Source: Candidatus Nanopelagicales bacterium
GTDB lineage: Bacteria > Actinomycetota > Actinomycetes > S36-B12
Assembly (NCBI GenBank): GCA_044240195.1
Contig: JBIHZX010000001.1
Span: 71,576 to 135,575, forward strand
Reading direction: 5' to 3'
Length of the DNA stretch: 64,000 bases
A program made the translations under genes and the position numbers. Shown here piece by piece: positions 53,179 through 62,142 of the stretch; position 1 is the first letter of the stretch; every line of letters starts with the position of its first letter. Under the pieces are notes generated by a model. It was not told the origin of the DNA, did no database searches, and saw nothing but the letters and a program-made list of their open reading frames with translations.

Positions 53179-55842
53179 TCAATGAGCGGCGGCATCCCAG
53201 TTCGGTCCGGTTCCCACGTTTACATCGAGGGGAACGAGTAATGATGCAGCCGAACTCATGTTTTCCCGCACAAGCGCACTTACCTGTTCCTTCTCTCCCT
53301 TAGCCACCTCAAGAACCAGTTCATCGTGGACCTGCAGGAGAAGCCGGGACTTCAGTTGAGCGGCTCGGAGGGCGTGATCCACCTTGAGCATCGCTATTTT
53401 CACGATATCGGCGGCGCTTCCCTGAATAGGGGCGTTCAGCGCCATCCGCTCGGCAATCTCGCGCCGCTGCCGATTGTCACTGACGAGATCAGGCAGTTTG
53501 CGACGCCTGCCGTACATAGTTTCCGTATATAACTTGCCTCGGGCAATTTCGACCACCTCGGAGAGGTAGGCCCGGATTCCACCAAATCTGCGGAAGTAGT
53601 CATCCATCATGATGCGAGCGTCTTCGGTCGAGATATCAAGTTGTGCCGCTAAGCCGTATGGCGACAGGCCATATGCCAATCCATAGGACATTGCTTTGAT
53701 CTGACGCCGCATATCGGGCGTTACTTCATCGACGTCGAAAACCTTGCGAGCAACGGTGTCATGCAGGTCCTCACCCGATTTGAAAGCTTCAATCAAAGCT
53801 TCATCATGGGACAAATGAGCCATGATGCGCAATTCAATTTGACTGTAGTCCGCCGTCAGAAGACATTCGTAGTCCTCGCCAACAACGAAAGCCGCTCGAA
53901 TGCGTCTACCCGCTTCGGTTCTCACCGGGATGTTTTGCAAGTTGGGGTCAATCGAGGAAAGGCGACCGGTAGCTGCAACCGTCTGACGAAATGTCGTATG
54001 AATCCGGCCTATCGGATCAACGAGTGGGATCAGGCTCTCGACCGTTTGACGCAGTTTCGAGTCTTCGCGCCACGTCAATAAATGTTCCAGTAGCGGGTCT
54101 TTCGTCTGGGCGTAAAGGTTGGTGAGGGCTTCCGCATCGGTGGTAAACCCAGTCTTGATTTTTTTAGTTTTGGGTAAACCACGCTCGTTAAAAAGCACTT
54201 CTTGTAATTGCTTGGGAGATGCAAGATTGAATTGATGCCCAACTAACTCAAAACTTGCAGTTTCAGCCGAACGCATCTGGTCGCCAAATTCAACCGAGAG
54301 GCTCATAAGTGATTGTGAATCCACTGCAATTCCGACATGCTCCATTTGGGCAAGAGAGACCTCAGTTGGAATCTCCACGTCTACCAAGAGCGGCATCAAT
54401 TGAAGTTCCTCCAACTTCGCCGACAACACCAAACCCAATTCCCAGATAACGTGAGCTTCCTGCAGCAGGATTGCGCTCGAGTCGGCTTCACCAAACATGG
54501 AAAGTTGATCATCTGGTTCATCCAAACTTCGACCCAATTCACGTTGGGCAAGGTCGGTAAGTTCATAAGATCTTTGCCCAGGATCGATTAGGTAACCCGC
54601 CAATGCTGTGTCCATGTGGATCTTGACATCAGATATGTCCACACCAAAAGCGGCCAAAGTCCAGAGAAGTGACTTTCCGTCATGAATAGTTTTTTGATTG
54701 GGGCACGTGGCGAGCCACGACATAACCTTTGATAACTCTGAGGAGGGAATTGACTGCAGCACGTGTACCTGTTTGCTCGAGCAAACGGCCAACGCAGTTA
54801 TTGTTCCCGAGCCTTGAGCGAATTCACCCTGCACAGCAATTGATACAGGACCTTCCAATGACATTAAGTCCGCAATTGAGGCATCGAGGAACACCTGACG
54901 ATCAATGACCTCTGCTGCAGCGATCTTCGCGCTGGATTCCTCTTCACTTCCAACGGAGGAAATGGCTCCCGGCAATTTTTCGACTCGGCTGCGCAATGCG
55001 GTGAATTGCAGTGTGTCAAATAGCTGGTGCACGTTGGACAAAGAAAAAGATTTTCGGTCGAGTTGGTCCACCGTGAGTTCAAGGGGAACATCACGTAGGA
55101 GCTCGGTGATCCGCCTGTTCAGCAAGACCTGGGGAAGGTTCTCGCGCAGCGAGTCCCCCACTTTCCCACCGACCTTGTCGGCCTGATCAACCAATGCCCC
55201 CAAATTTCCATACTCGTTAATCCATTTTTGGGCGGTCTTTTCGCCAACGCCAGGAATACCGGGCAAATTGTCACTGGGATCCCCACGCAGGGCCGCGAAG
55301 TCTGGGTATTGCGCGGGAGTCAAGTTGTATTTCTCCTCGATGGCGGCCTCCGTCATTACCGCAAGGTCGGAAACGCCCTTCTTGGGATAGAGGACCGTCA
55401 CCGATGGTGAGACAAGCGCAAATGAATCTCGGTCACCCGTCACTATTTCCGTGTTGAACCCGGCCGCGCTGGCTTCGGTCGCCAAGGTTGCGATGAGATC
55501 ATCAGCTTCATATCCATCTTTTTCCAACCTTTGAATCGCCATTGCGTCCAAAACTTCTTTGATTAATTCAACCTGTCCTTTGAATTCCTCCGGTGACTTG
55601 GAACGGGTCGCCTTATAGTCGGGAAACATTTCAGTCCGAAAACTTTTCCGAGAAACGTCAAAGGCGACCGCAACGTGCGTTGGGTTGTATTCCTTGAGCA
55701 GGTTGATCAACATGGAGGTGAACCCATAGACGGCATTGGTCGGCTGACCCGTGCTTGTGGAGAAGTTTTCAGCCGGCAAGGCAAAAAATGCCCGATAGGC
55801 CATCGAATGTCCATCGATAAGAAGAAGACGATTGGCTGCCAC
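53179..55842 (-). CDS. polA: DNA polymerase I
   Basis: 887 aa. 5'-nuclease LLLIDGHSMAYRAFFA, and polymerase motifs A (DYSQIELR) and B (RRxxKAxxYGxxYG). GTG start. Confidence 0.95.
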   Translation of the reverse strand: MAANRLLLIDGHSMAYRAFFALPAENFSTSTGQPTNAVYGFTSMLINLLKEYNPTHVAVAFDVSRKSFRTEMFPDYKATRSKSPEEFKGQVELIKEVLDAMAIQRLEKDGYEADDLIATLATEASAAGFNTEIVTGDRDSFALVSPSVTVLYPKKGVSDLAVMTEAAIEEKYNLTPAQYPDFAALRGDPSDNLPGIPGVGEKTAQKWINEYGNLGALVDQADKVGGKVGDSLRENLPQVLLNRRITELLRDVPLELTVDQLDRKSFSLSNVHQLFDTLQFTALRSRVEKLPGAISSVGSEEESSAKIAAAEVIDRQVFLDASIADLMSLEGPVSIAVQGEFAQGSGTITALAVCSSKQVHVLQSIPSSELSKVMSWLATCPNQKTIHDGKSLLWTLAAFGVDISDVKIHMDTALAGYLIDPGQRSYELTDLAQRELGRSLDEPDDQLSMFGEADSSAILLQEAHVIWELGLVLSAKLEELQLMPLLVDVEIPTEVSLAQMEHVGIAVDSQSLMSLSVEFGDQMRSAETASFELVGHQFNLASPKQLQEVLFNERGLPKTKKIKTGFTTDAEALTNLYAQTKDPLLEHLLTWREDSKLRQTVESLIPLVDPIGRIHTTFRQTVAATGRLSSIDPNLQNIPVRTEAGRRIRAAFVVGEDYECLLTADYSQIELRIMAHLSHDEALIEAFKSGEDLHDTVARKVFDVDEVTPDMRRQIKAMSYGLAYGLSPYGLAAQLDISTEDARIMMDDYFRRFGGIRAYLSEVVEIARGKLYTETMYGRRRKLPDLVSDNRQRREIAERMALNAPIQGSAADIVKIAMLKVDHALRAAQLKSRLLLQVHDELVLEVAKGEKEQVSALVRENMSSAASLLVPLDVNVGTGPNWDAAAH

Positions 55843-55848
55843 TATCCG

Positions 55849-55854
55849 ATACTA
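55849..55854 (-). promoter_or_regulatory. -10 element (TAGTAT) of a leaderless polA promoter
   Basis: Minus strand TAGTAT, then 6 nt (cggata), then GTG 55842. Confidence 0.45.
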
Positions 55855-55855
55855 G

Positions 55856-56353
55856 TTGCTCGAATACGCAATAGGATTTATCACTATGTCAAATATGAGC
55901 GACCAAGAGTCAGCGGAAGTTACGGATATAACCGCCGAAGTACGCTCATTCGGAATGGGCGCCCTCAGTGAGCGAATGGGCATCGACATTGTCAGTGCAA
56001 CCATTGATTCGAAGGGCTTAGCAACCATTACCGCAACAATGCCGGTTGAGGGAAATACCCAGCCGTATGGACTACTCCATGGTGGGGCGAGCGCAGTTCT
56101 GGCCGAGACCCTGGGCTCAATCGCCTCGGCAGTCACCGCACATCGGCGACTTGGGCTGGGGGCTCTCGTTGTTGGAATAGATTTGAACTGCACCCATCAC
56201 AAGTCTGCTCGGGACGGCATTGTGACCGGAGTCGCCCACATGGTCAGTGCCGGTAACACAATGCTGTCGAGTGAAATCGTGATCACCAACTCCGATGGCG
56301 AGCGGATTTGCACCTCTCGACTGACCGCAATGGCCCGCAAACCTCGGCCGTGA
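55856..56353 (+). CDS. PaaI/hotdog-fold acyl-CoA thioesterase
   Basis: 165 aa. LLHGGASAVLAETLGS motif. The start is uncertain (TTG 55856, ATG 55886 or ATG 55895). Confidence 0.8.
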   Translation: MLEYAIGFITMSNMSDQESAEVTDITAEVRSFGMGALSERMGIDIVSATIDSKGLATITATMPVEGNTQPYGLLHGGASAVLAETLGSIASAVTAHRRLGLGALVVGIDLNCTHHKSARDGIVTGVAHMVSAGNTMLSSEIVITNSDGERICTSRLTAMARKPRP

Positions 56354-56523
56354 GGCGATTTCACACATTACCCACGGGTAACAAACACATTTCAATCCGG
56401 GATACCCCCGTGCATGACCGGCTAATGGCGGTAAGGTTCTCCAATCCCGTAGGTGGTCAGGTCCACGCTAGGTAGCTATACGTAATGTGCAAAGTGTTAA
56501 CAGAGACCCGGAGGTAGCCACAC

Positions 56524-57807
56524 GTGCTTAGACGCGTTCGACTCGCACTAGGGGTCCTACTTCTCGCAACCGTGGCTTTTCTGGTTTCCGGTGGGCTTTC
56601 CCCTGCCAATGCAGCTGAGACAAGCATCACAGGAACCCTGACGACTCCTGCGGGTGTTGCGGTTTCGGGGGTTGTGGTGACCGCTACCGGTCCCGATGGT
56701 GTGAGCGCGTCTGGTACTTCTGATGAAAAGGGAGTCTTCGTTGTCCCACTGACCGCCAGTGGCACCTATTCGGTAGAGATTGACGTGAGCACCCTCCCAG
56801 AGGGAATTACGTTGAACAATGAGGCCGATGCCAGCAGGTCGCTTCTCGTACTCGGTGGTGAGAAAAAAATCATCATTGGGTTATCCGAGGGTGGAGAGTC
56901 GGGCATAGTTGCGGAAGACTCGGGTACCGGTGAACGCGTAATTCAGCTTTTTCTTGACGGAGTCCTCTATGGGCTGGTTATTGCTCTCGGCGCGGTAGGT
57001 TTGAACTTGGTCTTCGGCACAACCGGTTTGACCAACTTTTCCCACGGAGAGCTCCTCACATTAGGCGCATTCACCGCTCTTGCATTTAATACAGCAGGGC
57101 TCAACATCATTATCGCGGCTCCGATTGCCATTATTTTTGCTGCTTTTGTTTATGGATGGGGGCAAAACCGAATTCTGTGGAGACCCCTGCGTAGGCGCAA
57201 GACGGGGCTCATCGCTGCCATGATTGTCAGTATCGGGCTGGCGATTTTCCTTCGATACACACTCGTTCTCTTCTTCGGCGGTGCCCCACAAAGTTACAAG
57301 CAATTTGCTGGGCAATCAGGGATAGCCTTAGGGCCGTTTAATACCACCCCGAAAGCGCTCATTTTGGGGGCATTGGCCGTCGTTGCTCTCGCCGCAACCG
57401 TGATCTGGCTACAACGTTCGCGAATTGGTAAGGCCACCCGCGCGGTATCCGATAACCCGGCACTTGCATCAGCCACGGGAATTGACGTAGAGCGCGTTAT
57501 TTCGGTCGTGTGGATCATTGGCGCGGGCCTTGCAGCCTTTGCAGGCATATACCTCGGCCTGACTCAAAACACCGTCTGGAATATGGGCCAGCGAATTTTG
57601 CTTGTGCTATTTGCGGCAGTTATTTTGGGGGGCCTTGGAACCATTTATGGCGCCATTGTTGGCGCAATGGTCGTGGGGATATTCATCCAGATGACCACCT
57701 TGTTTATCCCCACTGAAATGAAAACTGTTGGAGCCCTTTTCTTGATGATTCTGATCTTGTTGGTACGGCCTCAAGGTTTACTTGGACAAAAAGAAAGGGT
57801 GGGTTGA
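56524..57807 (+). CDS. livH: Branched-chain amino acid (HAAT family) ABC permease LivH with an N-terminal secreted Ig-like domain
   Basis: 427 aa. Residues ~145-427 are a typical LivH permease. Residues 1-~140 are a signal/anchor (LLLATVAFLV...ANA) plus a CarboxypepD_reg-like beta-sandwich pattern. SD GGAGG lies 8 nt before the GTG. Confidence 0.85.
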   Translation: MLRRVRLALGVLLLATVAFLVSGGLSPANAAETSITGTLTTPAGVAVSGVVVTATGPDGVSASGTSDEKGVFVVPLTASGTYSVEIDVSTLPEGITLNNEADASRSLLVLGGEKKIIIGLSEGGESGIVAEDSGTGERVIQLFLDGVLYGLVIALGAVGLNLVFGTTGLTNFSHGELLTLGAFTALAFNTAGLNIIIAAPIAIIFAAFVYGWGQNRILWRPLRRRKTGLIAAMIVSIGLAIFLRYTLVLFFGGAPQSYKQFAGQSGIALGPFNTTPKALILGALAVVALAATVIWLQRSRIGKATRAVSDNPALASATGIDVERVISVVWIIGAGLAAFAGIYLGLTQNTVWNMGQRILLVLFAAVILGGLGTIYGAIVGAMVVGIFIQMTTLFIPTEMKTVGALFLMILILLVRPQGLLGQKERVG

Positions 57808-58799
57808 CCAACATGGACATTGGCCAAGTTTTCACACTCACCATTACCCAAGCCTTCGGAGTTACCGCTCTCATTTACCTTTTCGCGGCCATTGGTCTCA
57901 ATGTTCAATTTGGTTACACCGGGCTGCTCAACTTTGGCCAAGTTGCATTTGTCGCGGCCGGTGCATACGCCGTCGGTGTCATCGTTCTCACCTTCGATTT
58001 GAGCTTATGGCTTTCAATTGTCGTCGCTCTCATCACTTCCACACTTTTGGCACTATTACTGGGTATTCCGACCTTGCGGTTGCGAGCGGACTACCTTGCA
58101 ATTGTCACCATCGCTGCGAGCGAACTACTGCGTTTACTCGTTCGCTCAATCGCCTTCAAGGACGTTTTTGGTGGCGCACAGGGTCTCAATGGAAAGCTTG
58201 GACAGGAATTCCATGATCTCAATCCCCTGCCCGTAGATTTCACACTTCCCCTCCTTAGTTGGAGCCGCCAGGATCTCTGGGTCGTCATTGTTGGCTGGAG
58301 TCTTGCGCTGCTTTTCACCCTGTTTGTGTGGGGGTTGGTGCGGAGCCCGTGGGGTCGAGTGGTCAAGGGAATCCGTGAAGATGAAGATGCCGTTGTTTCA
58401 CTGGGAAAGAACGTCTTTGTGTACAAATTGCAAGCCCTCATCATCGGTGGTGGCATTGCGGCATTCGGCGGTATTTTGTGGGCCGTTGCCAAGCAGTCAG
58501 TCCAGCCGGACACTTTCCAACCAGACTTCACCTTCTTCGTATTCACCATCCTGCTTTTAGGCGGCGCCGCTCGAGTGTTTGGTCCCATCGTGGGTACCGT
58601 GATTTTCTGGTTCCTCCTCGCCGGTTTCGGCGAGGTTCTCAGCTCATTAATTAATAACGGATACATCTCTTTCCTCACCCCAACCGACGTTGGATCCATC
58701 CGATTCATGCTCATGGGCCTTGGGCTAATGCTGCTCATGATCTTTAGACCACAAGGAATATTTGGCGATCGAAGGGAGTTGGCCCTTGATGCCCGCTAA
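57804..58799 (+). CDS. livM: Branched-chain amino acid ABC permease LivM
   Basis: 331 aa with about 9 TM helices. TTG 57804 overlaps the livH stop (alternative ATG at 57813). Confidence 0.9.
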   Translation: MTNMDIGQVFTLTITQAFGVTALIYLFAAIGLNVQFGYTGLLNFGQVAFVAAGAYAVGVIVLTFDLSLWLSIVVALITSTLLALLLGIPTLRLRADYLAIVTIAASELLRLLVRSIAFKDVFGGAQGLNGKLGQEFHDLNPLPVDFTLPLLSWSRQDLWVVIVGWSLALLFTLFVWGLVRSPWGRVVKGIREDEDAVVSLGKNVFVYKLQALIIGGGIAAFGGILWAVAKQSVQPDTFQPDFTFFVFTILLLGGAARVFGPIVGTVIFWFLLAGFGEVLSSLINNGYISFLTPTDVGSIRFMLMGLGLMLLMIFRPQGIFGDRRELALDAR

Positions 58800-59700
58800 T
58801 ACCGAAAATATGGCACCTGGCCGTGCCGCAGCCGTTGAAGCATTGCGCGATGTCGCTCGGGTGCCCGGTTCACCAAAGCCCGATCCCATTTTGATTGCCG
58901 ACCACGTCAGCCGACAATTTGGCGGACTAAAGGCGGTTGACGTTACCCACGTTGAAATCCAGCGAGGGGCAATCACCGCTCTCATCGGCCCCAATGGAGC
59001 GGGCAAGACAACCCTTTTCAATCTGTTGACCGGTTTCGACAAACCCGACACCGGCGAATGGACTTTTAACACGACACCTGTAGCCGGTAAGGCTCCTTAT
59101 CGACTTGCCCGGATGGGAATGGTTCGTACTTTCCAACTCACCAAAGCGCTCTCTCGCATGACCGTTATGGACAATATGCTGCTGGGTGCGAGCGGTCAAA
59201 GTGGTGAGCGAGTGTTCAAAGCCCTGCTGCCTTTCACCTGGAAAGCCCAAGAACGAGCTAATGCCGAGCGCGCAATGGAACTTCTAGGGCGATTTAACCT
59301 TGATGCAAAAATTGATGATTTTGCTGGCTCACTTTCTGGGGGCCAGCGCAAATTGCTCGAAATGGCTCGTGCCCTGATGGTTGGTCCAGAAATTGTGATG
59401 CTCGATGAACCGATGGCCGGCGTCAACCCCGCTCTGACCCAGAGCCTGCTCGGTCATATCAAGAATATCCGGGAAGAAGGCACCACGGTACTTTTTGTTG
59501 AACACGACATGGATATGGTGCACGACATAAGTGACTGGGTGATTGTGATGGCCCAAGGACAAATCATTGCTGAGGGTCCACCGGACGCCGTTATGAAGGA
59601 CCCCCAGGTGATTGAGGCCTATCTCGGTTCACGCCACGGTAGTGCGCTCACCGCCGACGGTGCCTCCCTCACCGCCGATTCGCCAGGAGGAAACACATGA
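58789..59700 (+). CDS. livG: Branched-chain amino acid ABC ATPase LivG
   Basis: Walker A GPNGAGKTT, LSGGQRKLLEMARAL and the C-terminal LivG-type extension. ATG 58789 overlaps the livM end (the ORF track begins at 58762). Confidence 0.9.
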   Translation: MPANTENMAPGRAAAVEALRDVARVPGSPKPDPILIADHVSRQFGGLKAVDVTHVEIQRGAITALIGPNGAGKTTLFNLLTGFDKPDTGEWTFNTTPVAGKAPYRLARMGMVRTFQLTKALSRMTVMDNMLLGASGQSGERVFKALLPFTWKAQERANAERAMELLGRFNLDAKIDDFAGSLSGGQRKLLEMARALMVGPEIVMLDEPMAGVNPALTQSLLGHIKNIREEGTTVLFVEHDMDMVHDISDWVIVMAQGQIIAEGPPDAVMKDPQVIEAYLGSRHGSALTADGASLTADSPGGNT

Positions 59701-60563
59701 CGTTCAGCGAACCCAGCGACCTTCCTACAATCGACAGCCCCGATGGCGCGCACGAGTTTGAATCAGAAATTGATATCAACGCTTCACAGCGCTCGGATGC
59801 ATCTCCTGCATCACCTGCCCAGGTCCACGAAGCGCAAGCCCTCGGAGCACTCATCCGGGCCGATAAACTTGTCGCTGGGTATTTCCCGGGCGTGAATATC
59901 CTCAATGAAGCAGATCTTTACGCACATGAAGGCGAACTCGTCGGGATTATTGGACCCAATGGCGCTGGCAAGTCAACGCTGCTTAAAGCGCTCTTTGGTC
60001 TAGTCCATATCAACTCAGGAGCTGTAACCCTACGGACTGAAGACATCACGAACCTACGGGCAGACCAATTGGTCAGGCGCGGTGTTGGTTTTGTCCCCCA
60101 GAACAACAATGTTTTCCCCTCCCTCACCATCGAGGAGAATATGCAGATGGGTGCATTCCAGGACCCAAAGTCTTTCCCTGACCGATTTGCTGCGGTTGTA
60201 GAACTATTCCCAACTCTAGGAACCCGACGCAAGCAGCGTGCCGGCTCTCTGTCTGGTGGGGAACGCCAGATGGTGGCAATGGGCCGAGCGCTCATGATGG
60301 CACCCAGCGTGCTGTTACTCGACGAGCCAAGTGCTGGCTTGAGCCCTGCATTGCAAGATGAAGTATTTGTTCGGGTCAAGGAAATCAATGCCACCGGTGT
60401 TACCGTGATTATCGTTGAGCAAAATGCAGCCCGATGCCTACAAATCGTTGACCGCGGATATGTCCTTGACCAAGGCCAAAATGCCTACACGGGCACCGGC
60501 CAATCACTGGCTAATGACCCCAAGGTCATTGAGCTCTACTTGGGAACCCTCGCTAAGGCGTAA
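59697..60563 (+). CDS. livF: Branched-chain amino acid ABC ATPase LivF with a ~55-aa N-terminal extension
   Basis: Walker A GPNGAGKST, LSGGERQMVAMGRAL and IVEQN. ATGA overlap with livG. Confidence 0.9.
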   Translation: MTFSEPSDLPTIDSPDGAHEFESEIDINASQRSDASPASPAQVHEAQALGALIRADKLVAGYFPGVNILNEADLYAHEGELVGIIGPNGAGKSTLLKALFGLVHINSGAVTLRTEDITNLRADQLVRRGVGFVPQNNNVFPSLTIEENMQMGAFQDPKSFPDRFAAVVELFPTLGTRRKQRAGSLSGGERQMVAMGRALMMAPSVLLLDEPSAGLSPALQDEVFVRVKEINATGVTVIIVEQNAARCLQIVDRGYVLDQGQNAYTGTGQSLANDPKVIELYLGTLAKA

Positions 60564-60597
60564 ATACTTTTCCTACAAAATGCTTTTCCTGGAGAAA

Positions 60598-60635
60598 GAC
60601 TGTGGCCCCGCACCTTTCGGTGCGGGGCCACAGTC
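60598..60635. terminator. Bidirectional intrinsic terminator between convergent livF and the binding-protein gene
   Basis: Perfect 17-bp stem GACTGTGGCCCCGCACC / GGTGCGGGGCCACAGTC with loop TTTC. Flanked by AAA (5') and TTT (3'). Confidence 0.85.
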
Positions 60636-60656
60636 TTTACTGCTAGCGAGTCTCTA

Positions 60657-61964
60657 CTACGGAAGTGGAACTACCGAAGTTACTGAGCCCTTTTCGGCAA
60701 ACTCAGTATTTGAGGAGTACTCGTTGATTGAGATGGTGCCCTCAAGGAGATCGCCGAATTCGTTGAAGTCAACGCCTCCGGTGACGCCCATGTAGTCGAT
60801 GTCGGTGCCTGCATCAAGCAGTGCAATGCAATCGGCGTACGTGGAACACGCTTCGCCACCGTTACCGGCAACGTTGGGTAGCTCTGCTGCGATTTTTACA
60901 CCGTCAGCACAGCCAGCCTTGTGAGCAGCCAAGGCAATTACCATGGCAGCGTCATATGACTGTGGGCCGTAGCTGAAGTCAGTCAGGGCTGGGTCGAATG
61001 CAAGTAGACGCTCGTTAAAGGTTGTCATATCAACTGAACCTGAAGGAACGGTACCTACTGTGCCCGTCATGGTGCCGGCTGGGAACTCAGCAAACGCGGT
61101 TGTGGAAAGGTTTCCATCAACCAAGTACAACTGAATGTCGCCTGGGCCAACACCCTGCTTGATCATTTCCTGAATGAGCTTGACGCTCTCTTCGAAACCA
61201 ATCACTGCGACGGCTTCTGGATTGCCAGCCTTGATTTCCGCAACTTCAGCTTCGAATGAAGGTGCTGCTGGGTCGTAAAGCAGGTCGGTTGTAACTGTTC
61301 CACCGGCCTCTGTGAAGTTCTTGACCGTTGCTGCTGCAAGGCCTTCACCGTATGGATCCTGGCGAGCAACTACTGCCATCTTTGTGTATCCGGCGTCAAC
61401 TGCATCCTGCGCAATAACCGCACCCTGAAGAACGTCAGATGGTGAGTTACGGAAGTACAGACCGTTATCCGCGTAGGTGGTCAGAATTGGAGCAGTGTTG
61501 GCTGGTGAGAACTGAACAACACCGTTTGACGTGATCTTGTCAATTACGGTGAGCGAAACACCGGATGATGCAGCGCCGATGATTGCATTGACGCCCTGAG
61601 CGAGCTGGGAATCAACCGTCTGGCTTGCAATATCTGTGGTCGTATCGCCTGAGTCACCCTCAATGTAGGTAACTGGTGAGCCGAGGACGCCGCCTGCAGC
61701 GTCAATTTCTTGAAGTGCTAATTCAACGCCGGCAAACTCGGGTGGGCCGAGGAATGCAAGGTCACCTGTTGCTGGGAGCATAGTTCCCAAAACCAAAGAA
61801 GTGCTCGTGCACTCATCTGTTGCTTCTTCAACTGCAGTCTCGGCTGCAGTTTCTTCTGCGGTTGCGCTGGCGGTGGTATCTTCACTGTCACTGCTGCAAG
61901 CAGCGAGAGCGAGGGATGCCGCACCCAACACAGCCACGGTCTTAAGGACCATAGTGCGCTTCAT
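60657..61964 (-). CDS. Liv-type (family 4 periplasmic binding protein) ABC substrate-binding lipoprotein
   Basis: 435 aa. Signal peptide plus lipobox LALAAC, a low-complexity T/E/A linker, then a LivK/LivJ-like fold. SD AAGGAG. Confidence 0.85.
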   Translation of the reverse strand: MKRTMVLKTVAVLGAASLALAACSSDSEDTTASATAEETAAETAVEEATDECTSTSLVLGTMLPATGDLAFLGPPEFAGVELALQEIDAAGGVLGSPVTYIEGDSGDTTTDIASQTVDSQLAQGVNAIIGAASSGVSLTVIDKITSNGVVQFSPANTAPILTTYADNGLYFRNSPSDVLQGAVIAQDAVDAGYTKMAVVARQDPYGEGLAAATVKNFTEAGGTVTTDLLYDPAAPSFEAEVAEIKAGNPEAVAVIGFEESVKLIQEMIKQGVGPGDIQLYLVDGNLSTTAFAEFPAGTMTGTVGTVPSGSVDMTTFNERLLAFDPALTDFSYGPQSYDAAMVIALAAHKAGCADGVKIAAELPNVAGNGGEACSTYADCIALLDAGTDIDYMGVTGGVDFNEFGDLLEGTISINEYSSNTEFAEKGSVTSVVPLP

Positions 61965-62142
61965 GCATTCTCCTTGAATAAACGAAAGTCACAGCGTGTG
62001 CTGCCACTATTATTCGTTCGGTTACCCGAACCGACTTAGACTAAGACATGGACACGATCATTCAAGCTCCCGCAACCGCAATTCGCCATTTTGTAATGGG
62101 AATGTGACCTTCCAATACAGGGGTAGCCCTGCAGATTGGTGA

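Noticed and set aside
58091-58738. 215-aa ORF antisense to livM. Similar long antisense or out-of-frame ORFs occur at 27157-27693, 49863-50438, 59918-60394, 33545-34051, 41696-42175 and 30110-30571.
   Set aside because: Each lies entirely inside a strongly recognisable gene. Their Arg/Pro/Ser-rich low-complexity composition is typical of shadow frames, and none has a start context (SD or -10) or a recognisable motif.
61965-62142. Canonical ANTAR target (two tandem hairpins with A..G.. hexaloops) in the leader next to pdtaR.
   Set aside because: The hairpins seen have tetraloops (GTAA, ACAC, CTAC), not hexaloops. The region is kept only as a low-interest structured leader.
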